NCBI RefSeq assembly: GCF_000002075.1 | Contig: NW_004798220.1 | Span: 17,581 to 81,580, forward strand | Origin: Aplysia californica | Taxonomy: Eukaryota | Direction of reading: 5' to 3' | Length of the DNA stretch: 64,000 nucleotides | Shown: one piece after another, positions 46,526 to 58,900 of the stretch | Position numbering within the stretch: position 1 is the stretch's first letter | How the letters are laid out: every line of letters begins with the position of its first letter | Made by a program: the position numbers and the translations under genes | The notes under the pieces: model-generated | Database searches by the model: none | The model's input: the letters and a program-made list of their open reading frames with translations, nothing else | Told to the model about the DNA's origin: nothing

Positions 46526-49500
46526 GTAAGCAATGGGGTTTTGTCTGTACTGATAATACACATGACTGATACAGATCTGATGACGTTTGCCGAGAACTAA
46601 AGATCTAGATATCTCCCTTTTGTCTCACTTTTGAAATCGTCATTTTATCCCCCATCCATGAGTATTAGAGCTATGGTCATGGTCTTGGGCGTCTTGGCGA
46701 TCTTGTGATGGTGACTGTTGTTGGTGCACCTATTGTTTGCTTACTTGGTAAATTTTTACTTTCACTCCCGCACACAGATGCACTGTTTCAGGGGTCAAAC
46801 TGCAGTACTGTTTGCTGCAGATCACACATAAAGCCACTAAAACTGACATGCGATTAAAAGTAGATCTAGAATCTAGATAAAATCTAGAAACGATGCAAAC
46901 TAGAATCTAGATCTATTTTTAGGTAAGGCGCCCATCTTGTTTGACGTCAGACCAGGATACCCCTCCGATCACGTGACTACATCTAAGTATAGACAACCGC
47001 ATGGCACCAAAGATGGAAGTGTATGTATATTATTCTTGAAAGTGGCTATTCTCACCCGCCCGGAAGTTCTCGCAAGATCAACTCCTCCCCTCTTCTCTCT
47101 CTCTCCATCTCTTTCTGAATAATGTCTATCGGTGTGGACGATCAAATTGACCAAAACAAAGTTAAAAAATGATGTTAAAACACAAAAGTAAATAAATTTG
47201 GTTGTCTACAAAGATGCTACGGCTATTTAACTTTTCAAATCGAGCCGAACTACGCGGGTCGCCATTTTGTTTTGCCCGGAAATTCTCGCGCTACTCCTCT
47301 CTCTCTTTCTCTCTCTCTCTCCACTGCCCACAGACAAAATTGTACGTTTTTAGTAGGCTACAGTTGTAATGGAACATTTGTTCACGGCACAGAATTCTAC
47401 AATTTTTCTGTTATCACAGTGTAAAATTCTGTGGTTTAGGGTGAACGCAAAATTTGGTGAACGCGCACCGGGTGAGAATAGCCACAAGACTCGCCTGCAC
47501 TATTCTCACTCCGGGTGAGAATAGAGGTGGCCATTATGCTTAATCTACACAATTTTCTCGGAAGTTCTGATAGCTGATTTGATAGCGCGTCTGCATTTGA
47601 TGTCGAGCAATGACTTTTGGAGCGGTTCGATTCCAGTCCCGGACAGTTTTTTTTTTCTCTTTTCCTCCTCCCGACTGACCAACAGTTCCATAAATTATAG
47701 GCCGGCACTATTTCTCCGAACGTTCGGGAAAATAAAGCTGGGCACTATTTCTCCGAACGTTCGGGAAAATAAAGCTGGGCACTATTTCTCCGAACACTCT
47801 GAAATATCATCCTTTCCCCCAAATTTCGGATATTATATAGATCTATAATTATAGTATGGGCCTACCAAAGATTGTTCGTATACAATATGGTTCAATCGGT
47901 CCAAAAAATGTCCGCCGTAAATATTTATATAAAGAAATGCTACAATTCCAAACAGTTTTTCGCTATAGATATGACGTGTTGCCTATGAAAGGTGCTGCTT
48001 TTAAACGTAATGTGTTGTGTTCACTCGTGTGCTGTCTAGATCTAGATCTACGGAGGGTTATTGATAACTACACATAGAACTGGCATCTGCGTTTGTCACT
48101 GCTGCGACCAATGTACTGACACTGGCAAGCCCCTTAATGAAGTTAATGTGTGTGATTCCATAATTTACATGTAATATCCTGTACTTTTTTTTTTTAATTA
48201 CGCACATTTAGGGTTAAAACTGCCAATCTTCTTCGGACAGGTGGACACACGCCCTTATTTGTTAATGTTTGTTGTTGTTTATGGGCTGTTCTAATTTTGA
48301 TTTCTTTCTGTTATGAAACCTTTCTTTTTCACGTTTTTACACTCATCTAAAATTAAATAGATATAGACCCAAAAATTTGCTCCTGTGTGTGTGTGTGTGT
48401 ATGTGTGTGTGTGTGTGTGTATGTATGTGTGAGTGTTTGAGTGTGTCTGTGTGTGGTAGTAAGTGGAGAGTGAGGAGTGTGTGTGTGTGTTTGTTTGTTT
48501 TTCGGGCTTTATTTCAGCCTTTATTCAGTAACAGTTCAAAGTATACAAAAATAGAAACACAGGATCCATTCACTCCAGGACTCATGAGTCATTCGTCTCT
48601 TTCAGTTTCACTCTTTCATTCAATTCCCGTGTTCTCTCCCGCGGCTCATCCCCGTCCGCATGACTTTCATACCCCACCCCATCCCTCCAGGCACACACAA
48701 AGAAAATCTCACTTGTTCCCTGCGAACCATGGACAATAATATAGGCAAAACACCGCCTGAGCTGCATTCCTTTTGTTCGTGAGCTGTGGACCAGGCCAGG
48801 GGTGGTCAGTGTCGTCGTCTTTTAGTTGCTGTCGCCTGTGGATACACTCGCACATTCTTCCTTTCACCCGCTCTTTCACTCACACTGTCTCTCCATCCAC
48901 AGTTCAGCTCGTCATACGTTCAAAAGTTGCCCACTAGTTATGTTTAGTTAGTGTGTGTACATGTGCATGATGGGGGTGGGTGTGTGGTGGGTGTTACTGA
49001 AGGTTGTTGTAGGCGGGCTTGCCATGCGGTACGTGTTCCTTCCCAGACCAGAGGCAGAGGCAGAATGAAAGTTGGCGCCGAACTCTCGCAATAAATAGGC
49101 AAAAAATCACGAGACCGGAAGCCGANNNNNNNNNNNNNNNNNNNNNNNNNNNNNNNNNNNNNNNNNNNNNNNNNNNNNNNNNNNNNNNNNNNNNNNNNNN
49201 NNNNNNNNNNNNNNNNNNNNNNNNNAGGGGGGGGGGCGGCTGTGCTTCGCTGTGCCTACCTGATCAGCTACACCGTTCATTATATTTAAGGCTGTAGTTT
49301 ATTCGCCCAGGGTGTGTGAATACTATGGAATTGTATTCGCACATGAAATTTAACACATTACACCCTAAGGGCCTTAAATCCAAATCAAGGGGAAAGAACC
49401 CACCTCCCGTGAATACAAGCGTTTAAAAAACAGATTTTAAAAATGGCAGTGTATACAGACCCGGTAACCGGGAACAAAGTCACAAAGTATACAGACCCGT

Positions 49501-49937
49501 AGGGGAACTCTTTTGTGATTTCGGGGAGTTATAGCGCCCTCTTGGCTCAGGGTTGACCTAGGTTCTTCTAGATATCTATGGCCTAGATCTAGATCTAGGC
49601 AGACAGACATAAATCTTTTCACTTGATCTAGTTTCGCGGCTAGCCTAGATCTAGATTGCGGATGTCTTTTCGATGTCGGATGTCTTTTCGATGAACGATC
49701 GTTTTTCCTCCGTTTTGGAGTAGGAGGAATCACAATTTGAAGAAAAGAACAATGTCTTAATTTCAATCGAGCAGCCACCCTCTCTATTTCTCTGCCTCTC
49801 TCTCTCTCCTCTGTGTATCGCTCGCCTTCTCTTTTTCTTTGTTTGTCTCTGTCTGTCTTTGTCCCCGCCTATTTCCCACTCTATCTTTCTCTCTTTCCCT
49901 CCTGCCAACTCGGGCATGTCATACATTTTGCTAGCAC

Positions 49938-49995
<58 letters not shown>

Positions 49996-52900
49996 ATTTC
50001 TACCGGGTCTGGGTGTTGAAACTTTCCGAAATCACAAAAGAGTTCCCCTACCGGGTCTGTATACTTTGAGACTTTGTTCCCGGTTACCGGGTCTGTATAC
50101 ACTTCGTTTAACTCACTTACTATTGGGTCCTTTCACCAGTCACAAGCGTTGAAGACTGGCGTTTTTCTGAGTATTTCAATAAATCACCACAACTCTCAGA
50201 ATTACTCTATTGTAATTATTTTTTGACACAGTAAAGTAACATTCAAGCTTAATCTAAAACAAAAAACTAAAGTCGTCTAAGTCTAATATTTTAATTTATA
50301 TGATTTTGTAAAAATTGGCATGAATTTGATTTTCCAAAACATTTCCAGAGACATGACAGGTAGAATGAAATTCACAACAACAAAAATAAAAGTTCAAAGT
50401 GTTGTATTTTGATTTGTATGCATGTGTGAGTGTTTGTTGAAAGTATAAAAACCAGTCTGTGTGTTGATTCAGACCCTTGCACTGAGACAGATGTACAGCA
50501 CGACGTTGTGATTTCGTTGCGCGAACAACACCACCAGTACTAGTGCTAGATCTAGCNNNNNNNNNNNNNNNNNNNNNNNNNNNNNNNNNNNNNNNNNNNN
50601 NNNNNNNNNNNNNNNNNNNNNNNNNNNNNNNNNNNNNNNNNNNNNNNNNNNNNNNNNNNNNNNNNNNNNNNNNNNNNNNNNNNNNNNNNNNNNNNNNNNN
50701 NNNNNNNNNNNNNNNNNNNNNNNNNNNNNNNNNNNNNNNNNNNNNNNNNNNNNNNNNNNNNNNNNNNNNNNNNNNNNNNNNNNNNNNNNNNNNNNNNNNN
50801 NNNNNNNNNNNNNNNNNNNNNNNNNNNNNNNNNNNNNNNNNNNNNNNNNNNNNNNNNNNNNNNNNNNNNNNNNNNNNNNNNNNNNNNNNNNNNNNNNNNN
50901 NNNNNNNNNNNNNNNNNNNNNNNNNNNNNNNNNNNNNNNNNNNNNNNNNNNNNNNNNNNNNNNNNNNNNNNNNNNNNNNNNNNNNNNNNNNNNNNNNNNN
51001 NNNNNNNNNNNNNNNNNNNNNNNNNNNNNNNNNNNNNNNNNNNNNNNNNNNNNNNNNNNNNNNNNNNNNNNNNNNNNNNNNNNNNNNNNNNNNNNNNNNN
51101 NGATACGAAACGAAGTCTAAGTAGCTCAGGCTTGGCCAAACAAGGGTACGAGGCGGGTCCCGCGATCCGTGCGTGATTTGTAGAGCGAAAAAAAAAAAAT
51201 TCCAAAGTTGGTCACGCAAGGCTCATGGGAGCCGTCGCGAGCGTCACGGCGGGGGTCACGCAACTGTTGTGTGAACCATCTGAAGAGAGTTAAAAATACT
51301 TCTAAACAAATTCCAAAAATCCTAAAAAAATAAAAGTTAAAAAGAGAACTGAATGTAGTTTCAGAAAAATATAACTTTATGTATGCGCCAACTGTTGGAA
51401 AGGTTCTAACATTAGTTCAATCGGGGTGTCCGACCCGTCACTCTCACTCTCAGCCTCGCGGTCGGGCCCTAGATCTAAATTCTAGGTTTTCTACGTCTGT
51501 TCAATCTGAATCGCCCCAAACTCTTGCTACAACGTTTTCATCATAATCTGAGCCATCTCATTTGTCATATATGCTTGTTTTTGCTCAAATCCATCGTTAT
51601 TTCTGTTTTCGAACTCAATTGTGTCGCTTTTCAACAAGTCAAGACACTTTCGAAATGTCAATAACGCGATCGCACTTCTAATACTAAAACTACTGGCCCG
51701 AAAAATTTCGTTTCGGTATCAAACGAAAGAAGAAACTTTTTGCAATAACTATGCAAATCAAAATCTCGGCCATAGAGTCTCGTTAAGGCGAGACTTTGTT
51801 TCTAAAGACGCTAGGTCGGGGCGGGTGGTTCCGGGCGAGTCAAGGTGGAGCGCGTAAGGGAATTCCCGGGCAAGTTAAGGTGTAATGTATTAACTGTGTG
51901 AGTACTATGAAATGTTATTCGCACAGGGTGTGTGAATTACATTGAAATTTTATTCGCACAGAGTGTGTGAATACTATATGAAATTTTATTCGCACAGACT
52001 GTGAATGCTACAATATAATATTATTGGCACTGGGCGTTTCAAAAGAAGGATGGAAATTAATTGGGCCTAGCATTTCCTCATTTTTCCCCTCTCATCGCGT
52101 AGGGACAAAGATCATGTATAATAAGATAGTTCACTCCTCTCTTTGAGCCAATTAAAAAAGTGTCCTCAAAATTTGGTGCCCTCTTCGAAAAAGTGCGGAC
52201 TTTGCGAACAGGGTGTAAACCCTACTTGTGTGAAAAACAATAAACCTGAAATGAACAGACTGTGCTTAGTTATATCCTATTCTTCTTCTGGGGAAGCGAA
52301 AGAGAGCTTCAAAACAAAGACTTCAGCGCCATCTGAAGCTGTGCGCGGACTTCTGCGAACACTTTTCGGGCCGAGTGAACATAAATGTGCTATCTTTGGT
52401 AGGGATAGATCTAGATCTAATTCTAATTGTGCAATGCGATACGAAAAAAATCCACTCAAGTTGGAATTTATGTTGTGTATTGAAGTATTGTGTCAATGAT
52501 TAAACTGTCCCCGTAGAATTATGCAAATTGAGATGGCCAAATTATTCCAAAAAATTGCAAAATTATGCAAAAATTATGCAAGTTAGCGTAACACCATTCG
52601 CGACATGTTTGCACTTTTTCAACAAGAATTTTCATGATTTTCATGTTTTATGTACAGAAAATTTGAAAATAGAACCTATTCATATTGAGTACCAGTAATT
52701 TGTTGTGTATTTGGAAAGAAAACAATACACATCAGTCAGAACCCCCCCCCAAAAAAAAAAAATTATAATCTCTGCAATTTTCAGTTGTAGATCTAGATCT
52801 ATATATATAGGAAAGAAAAATGTACCCCCCCCAAAAAAAAATTACATCTGGACCTCTGATGCTGGCACATTACTGAAACCAGGGACATCTGTCAAACATG

Positions 52901-55900
52901 AAACATCAGCAGACATGAGAACAACAGCTTTTGATGGATTGAAAAATTGAACATGCTCAAGACTCAAGGAACAAAATCCCAATCCATAACCAAGATCTTC
53001 TGACAAGGGAAATAACCAACTTGTCACATAAATGAGAATTATTACGGTGTTTACTTCCCTTTAGTCACATGGCGAGGCGTTAATTAATTGTTTTNNNNNN
53101 NNNNNNNNNNNNNNNNNNNNNNNNNNNNNNNNNNNNNNNNNNNNNNNNNNNNNNNNNNNNNNNNNNNNNNNNNNNNNNNNNNNNNNNNNNNNNNNNNNNN
53201 GCGGCCGCACAATCGCATAAAATCCAACAGGGACAGATTATAATGACTCGAATCTCTCTTTTTTCTTTTTTTTTTCTTTTTTTTTTCCTTGCGCCTTGAG
53301 AGAGAGTGAGATAGAGAGAGACGAGTGCGTGCTTTAACCCTTAAAAAGTGAAAAAAGTATGATATTATACTAGATCTAGTGTACAATTGTTTTAACATTT
53401 AACTCCTTTGCCAAAAAGTGGGATACCTGGGTGAGACTAACGAGGTCCAAAAATCAACGTAGGCTCGACCGTCTTGTGCGAATAAAATTATTTCTTATTC
53501 GCACACCCGGTGTGAATAATATTAATTCTTAAACGCACACCCGATGTGAATAATCACTTCCTTGTCTTCCTAATAATATGTAGGCCTATTGACAATATAT
53601 TGAAATCTATTAAGTCAGAAAGTTTTTAAGTATTAGAAAGGCATATTGATGAAAGGTGTGAGCAAGATCGTTATTAGTTAAGTTAAAAATAAATTAGGTA
53701 ATAGAAATGTAGGGTACTGCTATTTTGTTAAAAGCTATAGACCCTTACTTTCAAATAAAGCCTTACTAACTCTTTACTAAACATTGTAATTGCCTTATTT
53801 TAAACGGAGTGTCTACGTACACGGTAACCGGGCTCGTAGTTTCAGTATCTACGTACACGGTATCGGGGTGCTTAGTTTCGGGGGCCCCTTGAGCTAGGTG
53901 AACAGTAAATGCTTCGCTCCCTTCATGACCTTGACTTCTTTCGCTTTTGTTACCCGGAATTCTCAAATGATGGCCTGATTACTGTTGTAACAATTATGAC
54001 ATATATATATATATATAGGCCTTAAAATAATCTATTCTTTCTCTAAAGCTTTGTCCGAGTTCTGGTTGCTGGGGCCCATCATCAAGAACTGTCAGTGAAA
54101 CTTTCAAACGCTTGCATTAACATCTCATGACATGACCTCCTACGTGTGAGTAGGCTTAGCCCGTGTGTCGGGGGCCGTCGGTTGTCGAGGTCAACAAAGT
54201 TCATTCACACTGGACGCGTTGGTCGAGGTGTTTTTCGAGACTTAACCAGTGTGGGACAACCGATGGGAGGGGGTGGGGGTATTTTTTTTACACTTGGGCT
54301 TAAAGTGCGTGCCGTGATACATGTACTAATTGAGGATAAGAAAAAAAATTAATGAACAACTTTGGCGCTTTTTTTGGGGTGGGGTGGGGGGTTGCTTTGA
54401 GTGTGTTGCCTTATTTTGGTTCACAGTTGTCGTTGAGGAAACAAGACGGGTGTGTTCCATTATTTGGATTCAAAGTTTTACGTCAACCTGGATACAAATA
54501 AATACAACAGGAAAACGAGGAAAAAATGAAAGAAGTCAAGGTCATGAAGGGAGCGGAGCATTTACCATGCACCTAGCTCAAGCGGCCCCCGAAACTAAGC
54601 ACCCAGTTACCATGTACGTAGAGATACTGAGACTACGTGCCTGATTACCGAGTACGTAGACACTCCGTATTTTAAAAACTATTGTTCAGCTATAACAATT
54701 TAGACGAAAATTTAATTTACATTAATAATTATAACTTCAAAAAAAAAAGCTTTAGGCTATTCCTCCAAAGCTCTACTAGCATAACAATTTTTAAAATATA
54801 TCAGCGAAGTCATTTTGTCACACATAAATAGGGTGTGACGAGATGAACGTGTGACGAAATGACCAGATACCTAGATGACTGTAGACTTAGAGATTCTATG
54901 ACAATGATGAGACAGATCTAGTCAATAGAGGCCTATATGGCTTTGTTTAACTGAAATATTGAGTTCGCAGTTATTGAATATTGTTGCTAGGGCAGGCTAA
55001 GCCTTGATCTAAGGTGACCAATTTTTAGTCAAGCACAAACTCATGCTCATGCCATTCATTTCAAAATGGAAGAGGCTATCCGTACTTAATGACGGCTAGC
55101 TGCTAGACTGGCAGGCTAGCCATACTTAATAATGATGACTAGACTGACAAACAGCAAAAAATAGGCCTACTGAATTGTAAATAAATTTTTTGTTTGCAAT
55201 ACCCAAAAAAGTATTTGTGTTTGAGACAAAACCAAAAGGTGCCTTACTGACAGTGCATGTATAAATTATAAACCTAAATTGACCTCTGTACTCAATAGGT
55301 TTCTAATAGGCCTAAAAAAATAAGTATGCCTAGACTGGCGGCAGGCTATTAAGTACGGGTAGACTGGTAGGCTAGCCGTACTTAATAATGATGGCTGAAC
55401 TGAAATGTAAATAAAATTTTAATTTGCAATACCTAAAGTATTTGTATTTCAGATGAAACCAAAAGGTGCCTTATTGACGTGGGTGTATTTTAAACCTGAA
55501 TACTTACTAGATCTAATGAGACCTGTGTACTCAACAGGTTTCGGTCAAGAGGGCTTAACCTAGATCTAAGTATGGCTAGACTGGCCACTTTGTTTCAAAA
55601 TAATTAGGCGCTAAGTTATTTTGTGTGTATTTAATTTTGGGGAGGAATTCAGTAATGAGCAACAACTGAAATATGAGGGTTTAGATCAGGGTTTGGGATA
55701 GGTCTAGAGTCTGGTGTGTAGGCTTAGGTCCCTTCTGCCTTCTTTTATAATTGTGTTTGTTGTGAAAGTCGCTCATTACAGAGTCCTTCCTAATTTTGAA
55801 ACATACAAAAAAAGTGACATTTATATGAATTTTACTCATTAATATAATTCTTCTACAAGGATCTGGTTGGTATTCATGTGTTATAAATATATATATGTGA

Positions 55901-58900
55901 GGCATCATGGGGAAATCAGGCGCTCGTCAAAATAATGGAATTGAAGAAATCAGCTGTTTTCTGCCAGTGTTGCAATTTTTATCGAATTTTCGGTTTTTTT
56001 ATCCATAACTGTAAAAACACATTTCCATGTGAATTTTTAAAAACGTTGATTAAAGGCACAGAATATGTTATTTTATCGTTTTCAGGGACTCTCAAGCTAT
56101 TGAAATTGTCAAACTTTGGCGGCCAATTTCTCGCTAATTTTACCTCTGAAACCGGCCGAGCCCCACCTCCTTCAATCGCCAATAATCTTGACTTGTATCG
56201 AACAAAGATGTATATTATTTTTTTCATCAAAAGCAAGGCAAATGGACTTTAAGATGATGCCATATGTCCCAAAATTGACGAGCGCCTGATTCCACCGCAT
56301 CGTGACGCATGTTCATTAACGCAGGTGGCTAGAGTGCACTAATTGCGTTGATGTACTACTTCCCTTTACTCAAACAAAAAAACATTAATATTAATTGGCT
56401 TCTAGTCTGAATCTTGAAACTTAATTTAATGGTCAGGGATTGTTTATTGGAGATGTCTGCTCCTTTTTAGCACTTACCAGTCACACAGCCAGCAGTGCAA
56501 AATAACCCATCTGGTCGACCAGCCAGGAGGTTCACTGCAATGGACTTCTCGGGCCTGACCCAGAACACGAATCATTTTCACCATCGCATTATTGCGCCAA
56601 GTGACCGCAAAGTGTTAACCCTTTTGTTGCCAGGGGGTATACTTTATACTGTCAGTACTGATTTTCAGCTGAGTTCGTTACCCAGGAGAGCAGCCTAATG
56701 TCTCAGTGATGGACGCACAGTCTAGATCTAGCACACTCGTGACATATTTCGGACTCCGGGTCTTCAATTGTTTCACTTTTCTTGTACTCCCATTTCCTTC
56801 TATCTTACTCATTATTTCTTATCTAATAATCTGCAAATCTATGTCAAAAAGTGAATTTATTTGCTTTTTTAAAGTCATTTCAATGTTTACTTTTCACAAG
56901 AGCATGTGGCCACCTGCAAACCTAGCTCTATGTTTATCTATCACTTGCAAGCCTAGCTCTATGTTTATCTATCACTTGCAAGCCTGGCAAATTTGGTACC
57001 AATATATGAGCGTCTTGTATTCCCGAATTTGAATCTACACAGCGCTTGTGGCTAAAACTCTGAACTGAAGAATGAGAGCCAGGTTATTAGCGTGACAAAC
57101 ATGTACCGTCGTATTATGCAACCAGGAGCGGCAAATTTTTTGCCTTCTTCCTTAACGTACATGGAACGGCACGACACTAAAAATTACGCATTTTCATGAC
57201 GTACCAGGTACATCATAAGGCAAAGAAGGGGTTAAAAATTAAACTATCCATTTGTCAAATATATCTGAAATTCTATCACTAAACATAAGAATCATGTGCT
57301 TCCCTTTCACAGAATAAAAAATGCTTAACTGTGTTTTACATGTTGACTAGAATAAGCTTAGAAACACTTTTTTCATATGAATACAAATATACTGAAATAA
57401 TTCAAAGAGTAGGCCTATAAATATATGTACTGTAAAATTTATAATCATTCATTATTTTAAAAAAATCTTTTTACATATATGTGTTTGGAATGCCCTTCCC
57501 AGAACAGTTTTTTCCTTCCACAGATAATTGCTTTTGATGAGCTGAAAACAGACTACAAGAATCCTATCGACCAGTGCAATAGTTTAAATCCAGTAAGTAC
57601 AAATTGTTTTGTAAAAGTGTGTTCCAGACCCTGCCAAGTGTAATGAGAAACAGGAGTGGGTCAGTTTTGGAGCTAACAGAGAAAGGTGTGCAAGGTCCTC
57701 TACTTTGCATTTATAATGATAAAAAATAATATGTCATGTTCTGACAGAACGAGCAACAAACAGCTTTAGGAAAAAACACTTTCAATGATTAACTCCAAGA
57801 ACAGCTCATAATAATCACAAAGTTCCAAGACATGACAAGCACATCATCACTGGAGACTCAATCCAAATCAGATAACATTCATTTTCAAGCAGTTGATTGA
57901 AACACATTGCTCAAGAACTTAAGTAGAAACAAAAAGGGATTAAAGTGTGGAAAAACAACATCCCAATAGAATGCACTATTCCTGTATTACCAGTCCTGGG
58001 CAACAACGTCATTGCACAGCGGACAGGTCCATAAGTGCTCCGTTCCTCTCAGCACCAAAGCCCTCAAGGTATCCATACTGATTGTTTCTGTGGCTGTAGA
58101 GAATTCACTATGCACAGTGTAAACACAAGAACATAGCATACAAAGCTAAATGGACATCCCAAAATGAAAAGACAAAAGCCAGATTAACGATTTGGCCACA
58201 AAACAGGTATTGCAGGTATAGATGAGTTCATAGTAGTGTTGGGTCAAGCTCGCTAGTATGAGAGTAACAAATGATTAGTTGGAAATACTCACAAATGAAC
58301 GGACGAATAGCAAACCTTTCACTGGTAAAGATTCATTTGCTGCACATCTGGCCGCAGAAACAGCCGTTCATTTTGCGAGGGGACAGACAGACAGAGAGAC
58401 TCTTTACATGGCATGTTACATCTGCTGCGCCTTGACTAGTCTATGTCATGTACAGACAGATAAGTTCATGCACCTATGATGCAACACAAGTTACCCACAA
58501 CAAACCCCCCTACATCCCACCATCTTTTTGGTTACGCCACTGCTGCTGTGGCTTGACAGCTTTTTTTCACTTTCTGCACTTGTCCCAGTGAAAGCAGGCT
58601 TGTAGAGCTTTCTCTCTTCTAAAGTATCATAATTAACTTCCAAGTGCAAGGCTAGAGTTTAAGCAGGTTAGTTATTCTTGAAATATCGGGTGGGGAGGGG
58701 GAGGGGAGGTGTGTAGGTCCTTTATTCTTTATTCAGCATTTGCATTTAGAATTTAGACTAGATGTGTGTTGTTGGTTTTTTTAGGTTGTTTCAGTCTTCA
58801 GTTTGTTTTTCCAATGAGTGGGCTGTCCCAGTTAATGTTCCAACACTGCTTTGTGTATTTTGTTTAAACTGATAAATGTTGGTATTTAAAGATAATAAAC

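Noticed and set aside
47564-47645. Functional tRNA gene
   Set aside because: Acceptor and anticodon stems do not pair properly; treated only as tRNA-derived.
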